Shown here in pieces: positions 41,312 to 49,456 of a DNA stretch of 64,000 nt (its first letter is position 1; every line of letters starts with the position of its first letter). Under the pieces are notes generated by a model that saw only the letters and a program-made list of their open reading frames with translations, was not told where the DNA came from and searched no databases. This DNA comes from a virus (Duplodnaviria; Caudoviricetes), in IMG/VR virus record IMGVR_UViG_3300020460_000013, positions 1-64,000 of that record, one strand, 5' to 3'. Both the position numbers and the translations under genes were made by a program.

Positions 41312-41541
41312 GGGTTTAATATCTCCACTTCTGATTTATCAACCCACACAGTAATTAATTTATTATGTAAGTCTTTAATTTTAAACATATCATGTTCGTC
41401 ATTTTTAGAAAGGATAATACCCTCTCTAGTTAATACTTTATGACTACGAATGGGTAAGTCTACAAGACTATATCGACCACCAGGCCTATCCCATGCATCT
41501 AAAGGAAATTTATACTTATATTTTACAAAATACTTTTTCAT
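41308..41541 (-). CDS. Hypothetical protein (77 aa)
   Basis: ATGA overlaps with both neighbours. Confidence 0.65.
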   Translation of the reverse strand: MKKYFVKYKYKFPLDAWDRPGGRYSLVDLPIRSHKVLTREGIILSKNDEHDMFKIKDLHNKLITVWVDKSEVEILNP

Positions 41542-41966
41542 TCTATATTCCCTAGATTCTTTTGTTCTTTGTATGCATCTATTATAATCTTTGTAAAGAC
41601 AGGCTCTAATTCTATCTCATAATAATTAAATTCATTTTGACTTATACTATTCCTAGTATAAGGAGCCCAACCAAAGAACTGTTTGAAATGAGATCTTCTA
41701 TTACACAATCCATTATTAAATAAATCATAGATTAGATTTTGTGCAACTCTAAATTTTTCAAGACACTTGTTAACAGAACGCCCTTGTGGAACTGCACCCT
41801 CAAGTGGAATAAGATCATCTAACTTTTCTGATATATCTTTATAACCCTCATGAAGAGCCCAAGATACATTAAATAAATTTGATTGTTCAGTATAATCATT
41901 TGATTCCAAAACACCACCTATACTCTTATAATATTCTTCATTAAAGGACGACATTATATACTCCAA
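41538..41966 (-). CDS. Hypothetical early protein (142 aa)
   Basis: LIPLEG..LEKFRVAQNLIYDLFNNGLCN, a motif recalled from marine phages. Confidence 0.75.
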   Translation of the reverse strand: MEYIMSSFNEEYYKSIGGVLESNDYTEQSNLFNVSWALHEGYKDISEKLDDLIPLEGAVPQGRSVNKCLEKFRVAQNLIYDLFNNGLCNRRSHFKQFFGWAPYTRNSISQNEFNYYEIELEPVFTKIIIDAYKEQKNLGNIE

Positions 41967-42157
41967 TCTCTCTTAGACCATATAGGGGCAAAATTACGTC
42001 CATAGTCAACATAGACAGTACAAGGTTTACCAAGTTTCTTTGCCATCGCCTTACACTTTGCTAAAGTGTCAGATGTAAAAGTAACAAACTTATCATCATT
42101 TAAAAATAAACTAAACTTTGGTGTTAACTTAACTTTTGGTAATGGTTGTCCAAACAT
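41954..42157 (-). CDS. Hypothetical early protein (67 aa)
   Basis: Start moved to ATG 42157, downstream of the promoter and a GAGG RBS. Confidence 0.65.
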   Translation of the reverse strand: MFGQPLPKVKLTPKFSLFLNDDKFVTFTSDTLAKCKAMAKKLGKPCTVYVDYGRNFAPIWSKRDWSI

Positions 42158-42190
42158 ATTATTATTTCCTCTCTCATTAATTATACATAT

Positions 42191-42219
42191 ATTATACACT
42201 GATTCGTTTTGTATGTCAA
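42191..42219 (-). promoter_or_regulatory. sigma70-type early promoter with YGATTCG in the spacer
   Basis: TTGACA-17-TATAAT, perfect consensus. Confidence 0.9.
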
Positions 42220-42227
42220 GTAAATAA

Positions 42228-42524
42228 TTAAAATCTTGTAAAAAAACAATCATGTCCTAGATCATTATCTTCTAGGATTATATCTCGTACTCTTTCTCTA
42301 TCTAAGGAGTCACCACCACCCCAAGTAATATCGTCACGCAGATCAGCTATATACTTGTGTGTTGCATCTACAACCATATCTTTAGTCAATCCCTCAATAG
42401 GATAAACACCATCAACATGATTGTAAAAAGACCAAACATAACTAACAAACATTTGTGTTTCGTCTGAAACTATATTGAATTTACGATATTCAGTTTCAGT
42501 AAATTTTTCATGTACTAAGTTCAT
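42228..42524 (-). CDS. Hypothetical early protein (98 aa)
   Basis: YVWSFY..G.YP...GGDSLDRERVRDI motif; coupled to the upstream gene. Confidence 0.75.
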   Translation of the reverse strand: MNLVHEKFTETEYRKFNIVSDETQMFVSYVWSFYNHVDGVYPIEGLTKDMVVDATHKYIADLRDDITWGGGDSLDRERVRDIILEDNDLGHDCFFTRF

Positions 42525-42949
42525 TACGCAGCCTCCATAACTTCATAAGATTTATCCCACTTACCAACTTCGATATGCATATAGTATGCAGTATCAAAAT
42601 AATCTGTCATGGCATCTGAATTATCATACCATGCTTTCCCACCATTTAAAGCAGGAGCAACTTTCATAATTCTATAAACTTTATCTAAGATTTTTGCGTT
42701 TTCTATTCCATAGAAATCTGTTGTATAGAAATGATTGATCTGATGATGTTCACCATCATTTAAAGAACCAACTTTCATTTCGCCAGTATATTTATCTCTG
42801 TATTCCCAATCTTTAAAAGAAGGGCCTTTCATAAATGAAACAGTAACACTGTAAATACTATCTCGTCTTACAGAAAATTTATACTGTGGAAATTCTTTCT
42901 TTAAAGTATTTCGGATATGTTTAACATCATTAGTTGAAATATATGCCAT
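42524..42949 (-). CDS. LPD29-like early protein (141 aa)
   Basis: IRNTLKKEFP.YKFSVR...SDAMTDYFD.AYY motif. Confidence 0.7.
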   Translation of the reverse strand: MAYISTNDVKHIRNTLKKEFPQYKFSVRRDSIYSVTVSFMKGPSFKDWEYRDKYTGEMKVGSLNDGEHHQINHFYTTDFYGIENAKILDKVYRIMKVAPALNGGKAWYDNSDAMTDYFDTAYYMHIEVGKWDKSYEVMEAA

Positions 42950-42981
42950 TCGTTTCTCTCTCTTTCTCTTGTTTACGAATC

Positions 42982-43010
42982 ACTATACCATGTTCTGAGA
43001 ACAAAGTCAA
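42982..43010 (-). promoter_or_regulatory. sigma70-type early promoter (repeat copy 1)
   Basis: TTGACT-17-TATAGT with TGn, followed by GATTCG. Confidence 0.85.
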
Positions 43011-43018
43011 GTCTTTTT

Positions 43019-43210
43019 TTAAGAAAAATCAACGAAAGGTTGAACACCAACAATTTTTGCAATTTTATTTAAGGTTTTCTGACCAGAGCTGGACATTCTT
43101 TCAAACTCCCAACCTAAGTCATTGACTAAATCTGGTAAAGTTTTTTTAATTTTAGCAAGTTCACCTAATCTAGATTGAATTTCATTTAATTGCTTTTCAG
43201 TAAGTTTCAT
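43019..43210 (-). CDS. Hypothetical early protein (63 aa)
   Basis: Has its own promoter and RBS; LGWEFERMSSSG motif. Confidence 0.75.
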   Translation of the reverse strand: MKLTEKQLNEIQSRLGELAKIKKTLPDLVNDLGWEFERMSSSGQKTLNKIAKIVGVQPFVDFS

Positions 43211-43242
43211 AATATATACTCTCTTTCTTTTGTTTACGAATC

Positions 43243-43271
43243 ACTATACCATGTTCTGATAACAATGTCAA
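43243..43271 (-). promoter_or_regulatory. sigma70-type early promoter (repeat copy 2)
   Basis: TTGACA-17-TATAGT with TGn, followed by GATTCG. Confidence 0.88.
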
Positions 43272-43480
43272 GAAACTTTTACGGCTATATAAATGCAAAG
43301 TGCAAGGATTATTAATTTACCATAGTCGAGATCAAATCGTGTACCCTCACCATACTGATTATCCCACATCTCTTTCATAGTTTTTCTTTTCTTCTTAATC
43401 TTATAATGTATGGTGGGTTCTTCTATCTGTCCATCATCTAACAGATCTTGGGCTGGTGTTCCAAATGGTTTACTACTCAT
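43268..43480 (-). CDS. Small membrane-anchored protein (70 aa)
   Basis: AGGAG RBS; hydrophobic C-terminus. Confidence 0.7.
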   Translation of the reverse strand: MSSKPFGTPAQDLLDDGQIEEPTIHYKIKKKRKTMKEMWDNQYGEGTRFDLDYGKLIILALCIYIAVKVS

Positions 43481-43494
43481 ACTCTATCTCCTTA

Positions 43495-43836
43495 TTACTG
43501 AGTCATCAAACGATAATAATCATGTAAAGGATCTTTTTCCTCAACATGATCTTCTCCTAATTCATATGCATTGATAGAATACTTCTCTTTGTATTCATCA
43601 TAATACTGCATTGCGTTATTAATCACTTCCCATTTATCATAACTATCTTTACAATGATTCTCTTGCCACCAGAAGAATCCATTAATCAAAAAACAAAAAT
43701 TCCATCTATTTTGTAATTGTCGAAAGTACTGTCTTGCGCTCACAGTTTGATTATTCTTTCCACCAAAGAAAGTATTTACAAAGATACTCCAACTTATACA
43801 AACTCTTCCGAACCATTTTCCGATTTTTTGAATCAT
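43495..43836 (-). CDS. Hypothetical protein (113 aa)
   Basis: N..FGG..NQTVSAR...FFWWQENHC motif. Confidence 0.7.
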   Translation of the reverse strand: MIQKIGKWFGRVCISWSIFVNTFFGGKNNQTVSARQYFRQLQNRWNFCFLINGFFWWQENHCKDSYDKWEVINNAMQYYDEYKEKYSINAYELGEDHVEEKDPLHDYYRLMTQ

Positions 43837-43845
43837 TTTTTTATC

Positions 43846-44349
43846 CTACATTCCACCACTTATATATCCATTCTGACCTCGACACATACTTGCCATCAGA
43901 GCAAAGAGAGGATCATTTTTATTTGCTGGATCGTATCCCATATGATCTATATACTCGTCTTGCAGACGAAACGCATCAGCTTCTAATTGTTGTTTACATT
44001 CCACCACTTCATAATATCCATTGTGATACTGCAAGTAATGTACTAACTCATGTATCAGTACCACTTCGTAAAAATTTTTCTCAATCATACCACCTGTCGG
44101 TTTTGTTGCAATTGCAATAATGTCAGTACGATTATCATAATAGCCTGCAATATCGCATGGGTATGTCAATTTAAACTCTTTACAGATTGATTCGTTTGAC
44201 ATAACTTGTACTGTGGGTAGAGGTGTGCCTGTGTAAGAGTATTCACTATTGTTTTCTATGAACCCTATCAGTTCATACATCTGTGATTCTTTTGCGATTA
44301 TCTCTTGAACTACAAGAACAAAAATTAAAAGTAACAAAGGTTTTCTCAT
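43846..44349 (-). CDS. Exported HExxH protein (DUF6647-like zincin fold)
   Basis: Signal peptide; VLIHELVHYLQ...LEADAFRLQ. Confidence 0.7.
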   Translation of the reverse strand: MRKPLLLLIFVLVVQEIIAKESQMYELIGFIENNSEYSYTGTPLPTVQVMSNESICKEFKLTYPCDIAGYYDNRTDIIAIATKPTGGMIEKNFYEVVLIHELVHYLQYHNGYYEVVECKQQLEADAFRLQDEYIDHMGYDPANKNDPLFALMASMCRGQNGYISGGM

Positions 44350-44762
44350 GGCATTGTGAATAAGGCTCTAATACCCAACTTATCTGCTGGTGTTGTGTGT
44401 ATTGGTGTTCGTGCAAAGACAACCCATTTATAAGACCATGACATTAAATCATTTGGATAATGTTCATCAATAAAATCTATAAAGGATTTACCTGTCGTAA
44501 ATACATCATCTACTAACATTGGCTGATGTGTCGGATCACCTGTCGCATATTTTCTTAATGCATCTGCAAGAGGAATGCCACCTCTAGGAATACCCTCTAC
44601 AGATCTAAATGGTTCTGTCTGATATGTCATAATGATAGAAGCAATACTATTCCAATCTTTCATATCAAACGCATCACACTCTAATTTAAATTTAAGAGTA
44701 TTACCAGAGTGAGAAGTAAACTCACCATATTCAAATAATCTTGCTTCAGTTCTGTGTGTCAT
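44346..44762 (-). CDS. Type I phosphoribosyltransferase (orotate PRTase-like)
   Basis: FTSHSG, GIPRGG, LVDDVFTTGKS PRPP-binding motif. Confidence 0.88.
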   Translation of the reverse strand: MTHRTEARLFEYGEFTSHSGNTLKFKLECDAFDMKDWNSIASIIMTYQTEPFRSVEGIPRGGIPLADALRKYATGDPTHQPMLVDDVFTTGKSFIDFIDEHYPNDLMSWSYKWVVFARTPIHTTPADKLGIRALFTMP

Positions 44763-44955
44763 ATTGACTCTCTGTTCCTTGAACTGTCCATGGCATATCT
44801 TCTGTATCTTCTTTAGGTAGATAGACTAAAACAGAAGCTTTGCATTGTTCATTCGGACATGAGAGATTAGTGACCATAGAATATTCTAACTCATCATCAT
44901 TTGCGTCATGATCGCCGCCCCATATCAACTCTGTATTACAATGCCAACAATTCAT
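44746..44955 (-). CDS. Zn-ribbon protein (69 aa)
   Basis: CWHC..LIWGGDHD..NLSCPNEQC. Confidence 0.8.
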   Translation of the reverse strand: MNCWHCNTELIWGGDHDANDDELEYSMVTNLSCPNEQCKASVLVYLPKEDTEDMPWTVQGTESQYDTQN

Positions 44956-45035
44956 ATATTTTTCTGTATCTTTATTGCATTTATAGATTATGATTGGCTG
45001 CCCAGTTTTAGGGGGGCGGCCGAATCATTTCTATT

Positions 45036-45064
45036 ATTATATCATACTATATAGTGCGTGTCAA
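45036..45064 (-). promoter_or_regulatory. sigma70-type early promoter
   Basis: TTGACA-17-TATAAT with TGn; TGATTCG near +1. Confidence 0.9.
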
Positions 45065-45072
45065 CTCATTTG

Positions 45073-45354
45073 TCAACCCATTGCGTTATAATATCCCTCA
45101 CAAGAACAATGTGTCACACCACCTGATTCGTTTTGCACAACCAACTCTGCACCTGTAAACCAGATACACGCTTCATTATAAGACGCATACATCTCTGTAG
45201 GAATGTAACAAGTAAAGGGCATCTTCCAATCTTTATCATCACATATCTCATCAAACAACTTCTTGTTCTCAGCTTGTTGTAGAAACAAGTCAGACTTCAA
45301 TGCCTCATCAAACTGTAATAGTTCTCCTATAGATGTTTCTTTTGTCATTAACAA
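45073..45354 (-). CDS. Hypothetical early protein (93 aa)
   Basis: DWKMP...ACIWFTG...GYYN motif; GGAG RBS. Confidence 0.75.
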   Translation of the reverse strand: MLMTKETSIGELLQFDEALKSDLFLQQAENKKLFDEICDDKDWKMPFTCYIPTEMYASYNEACIWFTGAELVVQNESGGVTHCSCEGYYNAMG

Positions 45355-45590
45355 CTCCTCAATCTCTTTCCTAAATCATTATCATTGTAGTCACCCTTAC
45401 TCGCCCAATTGCGAAATGCAGAACATTCTGTGATGTTCTGCATACACTGGAGAGAAAGAGGACACGAATCACAAGGACAATTTTTCTTATTCTCTGGCCC
45501 TGTGTGCATCTCTGTAGTATTATAGACAGACTCCGAATCACTCGAATCTCTACCCATATAACATTCTGAATCCCAATCGGATATAATCAT
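45348..45590 (-). CDS. Cys-rich hypothetical protein (80 aa)
   Basis: CPCDSC..C..ECSAF; promoter and AAGGTG RBS upstream. Confidence 0.7.
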   Translation of the reverse strand: MIISDWDSECYMGRDSSDSESVYNTTEMHTGPENKKNCPCDSCPLSLQCMQNITECSAFRNWASKGDYNDNDLGKRLRSC

Positions 45591-45624
45591 AATCGAATCA
45601 CCTTATATCATTCCTAGCATAGTC

Positions 45625-45653
45625 AGTATATCAACTTGTCAAGAGTTTGTCAA
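45625..45653 (-). promoter_or_regulatory. sigma70-type early promoter
   Basis: TTGACA-17-TATACT with TGn; CTCTTGACAA is duplicated. Confidence 0.85.
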
Positions 45654-45736
45654 GAGATATTTGATAATAATATGGCCGCATACACACCCACAATTATTAA
45701 CCACATGACTATTGCTACTATTAAAAATCGAATCAT
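45650..45736 (-). CDS. Putative leaderless 28-aa transmembrane peptide
   Basis: MIRFLIVAIVMWLIIVGVYAAILLSNIS; the ATG is 7 nt after the -10 box. Not in the ORF track. Confidence 0.5.
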   Translation of the reverse strand: MIRFLIVAIVMWLIIVGVYAAILLSNIS

Positions 45737-45742
45737 ATTCAT

Positions 45743-45771
45743 ACTTTACACCGATTCGTTCTCTCTGTCAA
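45743..45771 (-). promoter_or_regulatory. sigma70-type early promoter with CGATTCG in the spacer
   Basis: TTGACA-17-TAAAGT; spacer AACGAATCGGTG resembles that of the 42191 promoter. Confidence 0.8.
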
Positions 45772-45784
45772 GTGAAAAAACCCC

Positions 45785-45813
45785 TTGACAAAAAAAAATT
45801 TTCGTGATAGAAT
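45785..45813 (+). promoter_or_regulatory. Divergent plus-strand sigma70-type promoter
   Basis: TTGACA-17-TAGAAT with TGn; no credible plus-strand CDS follows. Confidence 0.8.
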
Positions 45814-45846
45814 ACACCCTTTAATGCACAAAAGAAAACACCTAAC

Positions 45847-45922
45847 TACCTTTTTTTATACCTTTTTTAATATTGTACGCAAATCCCATTTTATCCCACG
45901 ATTTCCCATGAATCTACGCAAA
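45847..45922. repeat. Short phased repeats: TACCTTTTTT x2, TCCCA x3 at 10-bp spacing, TACGCAAA x2
   Basis: TCCCA at 45884, 45894 and 45904. Confidence 0.6.
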
Positions 45923-46507
45923 GTTTCTTCTCTCTGTAGGAGTGATGTTATATCCGAATATATGGCCATCACTTATTTTCATTTCTTTAACTTGATCATA
46001 ACATTTTTTATGAGAAAAATACTTGTTTTTGGTTTTATATCTTTTTATAACGTCTTTACTCACTACAATGAGTTTATTTCGTTCATAGTTCATATACACC
46101 ATAAGAAAACGAGGATCATCTTCTAGAAAATGATCTTTTCTTCCTAGAAAATGAAGATGTTTATAGTATGAAGGCCAATCACCTTTCCATTGTGACCATC
46201 TTTCTACGTCTATATGAAGAAGTCTTTTATCATCATTCACAAGAGCGAGATCAATACCATACTTACCATCTGGTTTGATTTTCCATCTGCAATGAGGCCA
46301 TTGTTTCATATGGAATTGTACTGATGAGCATGAATTGACATATCGTAGAATATAGGTTTGAAGATCACGATTGTTCTTTGTATGTTCAATAAAAGTTTCG
46401 CAATCTGAATCGTCATCATAATTGTTTTGTCGGTCTGAATAACTACCCCATTTATTTTTCATTTGTTTGGTCACTTGCATATTAATAGTTCGCCTCCCAT
46501 GAGTCAC
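45914..46507 (-). CDS. Hypothetical protein, possible PD-(D/E)xK nuclease-like fold
   Basis: KYGIDL...IDVE pattern; the true start is probably a later Met. Confidence 0.55.
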   Translation of the reverse strand: MTHGRRTINMQVTKQMKNKWGSYSDRQNNYDDDSDCETFIEHTKNNRDLQTYILRYVNSCSSVQFHMKQWPHCRWKIKPDGKYGIDLALVNDDKRLLHIDVERWSQWKGDWPSYYKHLHFLGRKDHFLEDDPRFLMVYMNYERNKLIVVSKDVIKRYKTKNKYFSHKKCYDQVKEMKISDGHIFGYNITPTERRNFA

Positions 46508-46712
46508 ATATACTTCTTAATGTCATACTTACATATCCTTCATAACAATCATCACTCTCTGCAAAGGTAGATATTTCATCAATTTGTTCTTGATTCAACT
46601 CTTCTACTTCTTCGACTCCATATTGTTCTCTGATATCTTCCCATACCCAATCATATGTAAGTGATTCTATTTGATCTTGTAACTTATGCATTTTGTTCAC
46701 TTTAAATGTCAT
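46482..46712 (-). CDS. Acidic hypothetical protein (76 aa)
   Basis: GAGG RBS; fits the operon spacing. Confidence 0.7.
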   Translation of the reverse strand: MTFKVNKMHKLQDQIESLTYDWVWEDIREQYGVEEVEELNQEQIDEISTFAESDDCYEGYVSMTLRSICDSWEANY

Positions 46713-46717
46713 ACTTA

Positions 46718-46909
46718 TTACCTCTTCTGGTCTGTTATTACTGTCGTAAATGCACCGATAGCTGCACCCTCTTCACACTTACCAAATGCGACTTCACCTA
46801 ATATACATCCAGCAGCTGTATTTCCTAGTAGTCTTTGACCCTCTTTGGTTACATAGTTTGTACTACACGCACCTAATAATAGTCCTATTAATATACAGTA
46901 TTTCATCAT
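46718..46909 (-). CDS. Small lipoprotein with glycine-zipper-like segment (63 aa)
   Basis: LLGAC lipobox; GxxxG helices. Confidence 0.7.
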   Translation of the reverse strand: MMKYCILIGLLLGACSTNYVTKEGQRLLGNTAAGCILGEVAFGKCEEGAAIGAFTTVITDQKR

Positions 46910-47511
46910 GTTATTCTCCTTTCACTATAATGATAATTTTTTGTTGCACTTGTATCGAAATCAAACCCCCAATAGTCTATGTCCTGTTTATACCAATCAG
47001 CGACTATTTGTATGGTTTGTTCGTTATTATAATAATCTTGGTAATTTCTTGTATAGTCACCTACATTTTCTATGACAATATATGGTGTATTCAGATTCAG
47101 ATAAGGACTCAATTCGTCATCAATAAATTCTAATCTTAATATATCACAGCGTACTATACCACTCTCGTCACAGACATAATCATATTGTGTACTCCAGCTT
47201 CTGATGGGATCAACAACTGAATGTATATCGACTTTCCATACATATCTGGTTTCTAGAAACTCTTCAAAAGTATTCCATTTTACTCCATGATCATTTGTAT
47301 TTGAAGTAGGTATTCCCATGACATATCTTGATACCATTCTGGCCCAAGGATTACGAATCACTGCAAAAGATTGATATATGTATCGTATATCTCTAGGAAC
47401 ATCTCTCCATCTATAATGACCGAATGAGAGTGCGTTTGTCATTTCTTTGTGTACTGACGTTCCACCATTCTTGGGTATGTGTATGAAGAGTCTTTTTACT
47501 TCTTTTTCCAT
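46906..47511 (-). CDS. Sulfotransferase family 2 protein
   Basis: FIHIPKNGGTS (5'-PSB) and IRNPWARMVS (3'-PB) motifs. Confidence 0.85.
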   Translation of the reverse strand: MEKEVKRLFIHIPKNGGTSVHKEMTNALSFGHYRWRDVPRDIRYIYQSFAVIRNPWARMVSRYVMGIPTSNTNDHGVKWNTFEEFLETRYVWKVDIHSVVDPIRSWSTQYDYVCDESGIVRCDILRLEFIDDELSPYLNLNTPYIVIENVGDYTRNYQDYYNNEQTIQIVADWYKQDIDYWGFDFDTSATKNYHYSERRIT

Positions 47512-47732
47512 AATCTCTTCTCTAGTTCATTGTATCCACCAATGTATTCGTCATCAATGAAGATCGCTGGTACTTGTTTGATGTTGGGGTAATTGTCTTT
47601 GAACTCTATCAGATGATTGATATCGTCTAGGAGTTTTTCTTCGTATTCGACTCCATAATAATCTAACATAGACTTGGCTCGGACGCAGAATTGACAAGGT
47701 GGTTTGCGTCTGGAGTACATCAATATTTTCAT
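47496..47732 (-). CDS. Glutaredoxin
   Basis: CQFC, QVPAIFID..IGGY. Confidence 0.92.
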   Translation of the reverse strand: MKILMYSRRKPPCQFCVRAKSMLDYYGVEYEEKLLDDINHLIEFKDNYPNIKQVPAIFIDDEYIGGYNELEKRLWKKK

Positions 47733-47965
47733 GTATCATCCTCTATCATATAATTTTTAAGATCCATGATCTTTTCGTGTTCAATCAATTCAAGTATTGT
47801 TTCTGTGATCTCTTTTTCTTTTCGTAGGAAGAAGAGTTTTTCTTCGATAATCTTGAGCTGACTTTCGTACTTCTCAATCTCTCGTTGTTTTTGTAACTTA
47901 CTTTCTATTAGATCTGTGATAAAAATAATCTTTTTACTTTTGTTATTCGTCATCATACATTGCAA
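47729..47965 (-). CDS. Coiled-coil hypothetical protein (78 aa)
   Basis: K/E-rich heptads; ATGA overlap. Confidence 0.7.
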   Translation of the reverse strand: MQCMMTNNKSKKIIFITDLIESKLQKQREIEKYESQLKIIEEKLFFLRKEKEITETILELIEHEKIMDLKNYMIEDDT

Positions 47966-48032
47966 TCCATACTAACCAAGCCAATATCCATGTTATACCC
48001 ATAAAAATGATAAGATAAAAAATTATCATCAT
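47943..48032 (-). CDS. Putative 29-aa transmembrane peptide
   Basis: MMIIFYLIIFMGITWILAWLVWIAMYDDE; fills the gap with an ATGA overlap. Not in the ORF track. Confidence 0.55.
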   Translation of the reverse strand: MMIIFYLIIFMGITWILAWLVWIAMYDDE

Positions 48033-48208
48033 CTTATATCATACCAATGCACCCTATCATTAATATATACCACCACAGGTATCAATAAACATACCAACAT
48101 ACACCAATTTAGACCATCCCAAGGCACGAATAGATGATACCAAAAGTCAAAATGAAATGGGTGCATTGTTCCATAATCAGTTCCCTCGTAGTAATAATTC
48201 GTTGTCAT
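48029..48208 (-). CDS. Small membrane protein (59 aa)
   Basis: Probable start MTTNYY after GGAG; hydrophobic C-terminal half. Confidence 0.55.
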   Translation of the reverse strand: MTTNYYYEGTDYGTMHPFHFDFWYHLFVPWDGLNWCMLVCLLIPVVVYINDRVHWYDIR

Positions 48209-48536
48209 AGTGTTTGTTCTCTCTCCATTCTTGTCCACCATACGGACTTATTGGTCGTTTATATAGAGGATTGAAGTCCTTGAGTTCTGGTTTTGTGTCT
48301 GTAGAAGATTGTGTTGTTGCATGAACACAACCCATTTCGACTACGTGCATTCTAGATTTGTAGGTATTTTTTGCATACTGTAACACACCAGAATGTAGAT
48401 TGACCTCGTTTCCACGATAAAATGACTCGCATTGAGCCTGATTATCAAACGTCAAATTCCAACTGATTAAGAGTTCGGTGTCCTTTACAAACCCCTCATA
48501 ACCCATGATTGCATAAAATATAATAGCCCATTTCAT
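48177..48536 (-). CDS. Hypothetical exported protein (119 aa)
   Basis: Hydrophobic N-terminus; F.....C...C pair. Confidence 0.7.
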   Translation of the reverse strand: MKWAIIFYAIMGYEGFVKDTELLISWNLTFDNQAQCESFYRGNEVNLHSGVLQYAKNTYKSRMHVVEMGCVHATTQSSTDTKPELKDFNPLYKRPISPYGGQEWRENKHYDNELLLRGN

Positions 48537-48802
48537 TTCTTTTTCGCTTCCTTTTTATCCCACTTTTCTTTATCTCTTCGTCTATCGAATGTCAGTTCTT
48601 GACGCATTTTTAGTTGATTCATAAACTTATCTTTGATCTTTGGATTGTTACCAGATGCACTGATAAACCAACGAATGGCCTCATACGAGAACCCTTTGAA
48701 CAGTAATTTTTCACCTCTGTACAGTACTCCTGTTGCATTTTCTAACTCTAATTTGTACTCACCATAGTTATAATAAAGCGTTCTATGCCCCGTTATACCC
48801 AA
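48533..48802 (-). CDS. Hypothetical protein (89 aa)
   Basis: Overlaps both neighbours in the operon. Confidence 0.65.
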   Translation of the reverse strand: MGITGHRTLYYNYGEYKLELENATGVLYRGEKLLFKGFSYEAIRWFISASGNNPKIKDKFMNQLKMRQELTFDRRRDKEKWDKKEAKKK

Positions 48803-48977
48803 AGTATTCTATTCCCCCACCATGTTGATCATAGTCATATTTGTTCTCAATACGTGCAATCTGGTCTTTCAACACCAACTTTTCTTTCTTAATATCTCTA
48901 CGTTCTTCATCTGTTAATATATCGTTTTCTAGTCTTTCTTCCAATTTCTGATGTTCTTTTCGTAGAGCATTAAGCAT
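48783..48977 (-). CDS. DUF465-like coiled-coil protein (64 aa)
   Basis: EH..L...IKKEKLVLKDQI motif. Confidence 0.7.
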   Translation of the reverse strand: MLNALRKEHQKLEERLENDILTDEERRDIKKEKLVLKDQIARIENKYDYDQHGGGIEYFGYNGA

Positions 48978-48986
48978 ATGAATCTC

Positions 48987-49238
48987 CTATTTTTTCTTTT
49001 TGGTTTTCTTCAGAGCGGCTCGTAACGCTCTCTGAAAGTTGATTTCTTCTTGGTCTATTTCTTCATTAGATATAGGTTTAGGTTCTTCCGAAACACTCTT
49101 TCTTGTTCTCGGAACAACCTCTTCTGGTATCTCGACAATCTCGTTCTCGTTATTATCACCATATAAATGTTTGTGTTTTCGTTTGAATTTTTGTATACGA
49201 TACTTGAGCTGTCTAACTCTTTCATCCATATCATACAT
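48987..49238 (-). CDS. Hypothetical charged protein (83 aa)
   Basis: ORF in operon context. Confidence 0.65.
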   Translation of the reverse strand: MYDMDERVRQLKYRIQKFKRKHKHLYGDNNENEIVEIPEEVVPRTRKSVSEEPKPISNEEIDQEEINFQRALRAALKKTKKKK

Positions 49239-49249
49239 AAAAGTATTTA

Positions 49250-49453
49250 TTAAGTTAGGTACTCCTCTTCTGTACTATCAATGTAGTCATTTTGACCCAT
49301 GAACTTTCGATTAACTGTGACTCTTTTTACTCGTACATTACCATCCTCTTCTTCTAGTATGTACTTTGTATGTTCCTCTTTAATGAGTTTACCATTCTGT
49401 TTACTCATGAATCGGTCATGACCCCATATGTCAATTACATTATCGTCACTCAC
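49250..49453 (-). CDS. Hypothetical protein (67 aa)
   Basis: GAGGAG RBS, GTG start. Confidence 0.7.
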   Translation of the reverse strand: MSDDNVIDIWGHDRFMSKQNGKLIKEEHTKYILEEEDGNVRVKRVTVNRKFMGQNDYIDSTEEEYLT

Positions 49454-49456
49454 AAT

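Larger units (their letters stand above)
42970..43272. repeat. Two ~42-bp direct repeats (promoter cassettes) flanking one small gene
   Basis: tgtttacgaatcactataccatgttctga(g/t)aacaa(a/t)gtcaag near 42970-43011 and 43231-43272; partial third copy at 50519-50536. Confidence 0.9.

Noticed and set aside
42970-43272. CRISPR-like array
   Set aside because: Only two full repeats about 260 bp apart, each a promoter; no cas genes.
43717-44120. Plus-strand ORFs of 89 and 128 aa
   Set aside because: Antisense to coherent minus-strand operon genes, with no promoter or RBS.
44956-45913. tRNA genes in the intergenic stretches
   Set aside because: No cloverleaf or T-loop GTTCRA arm could be built by eye.
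45785-46126. 113-aa plus-strand ORF
   Set aside because: Its TTG start is the -35 box of the promoter, so it would not be transcribed from it, and it is mostly antisense to a better gene.
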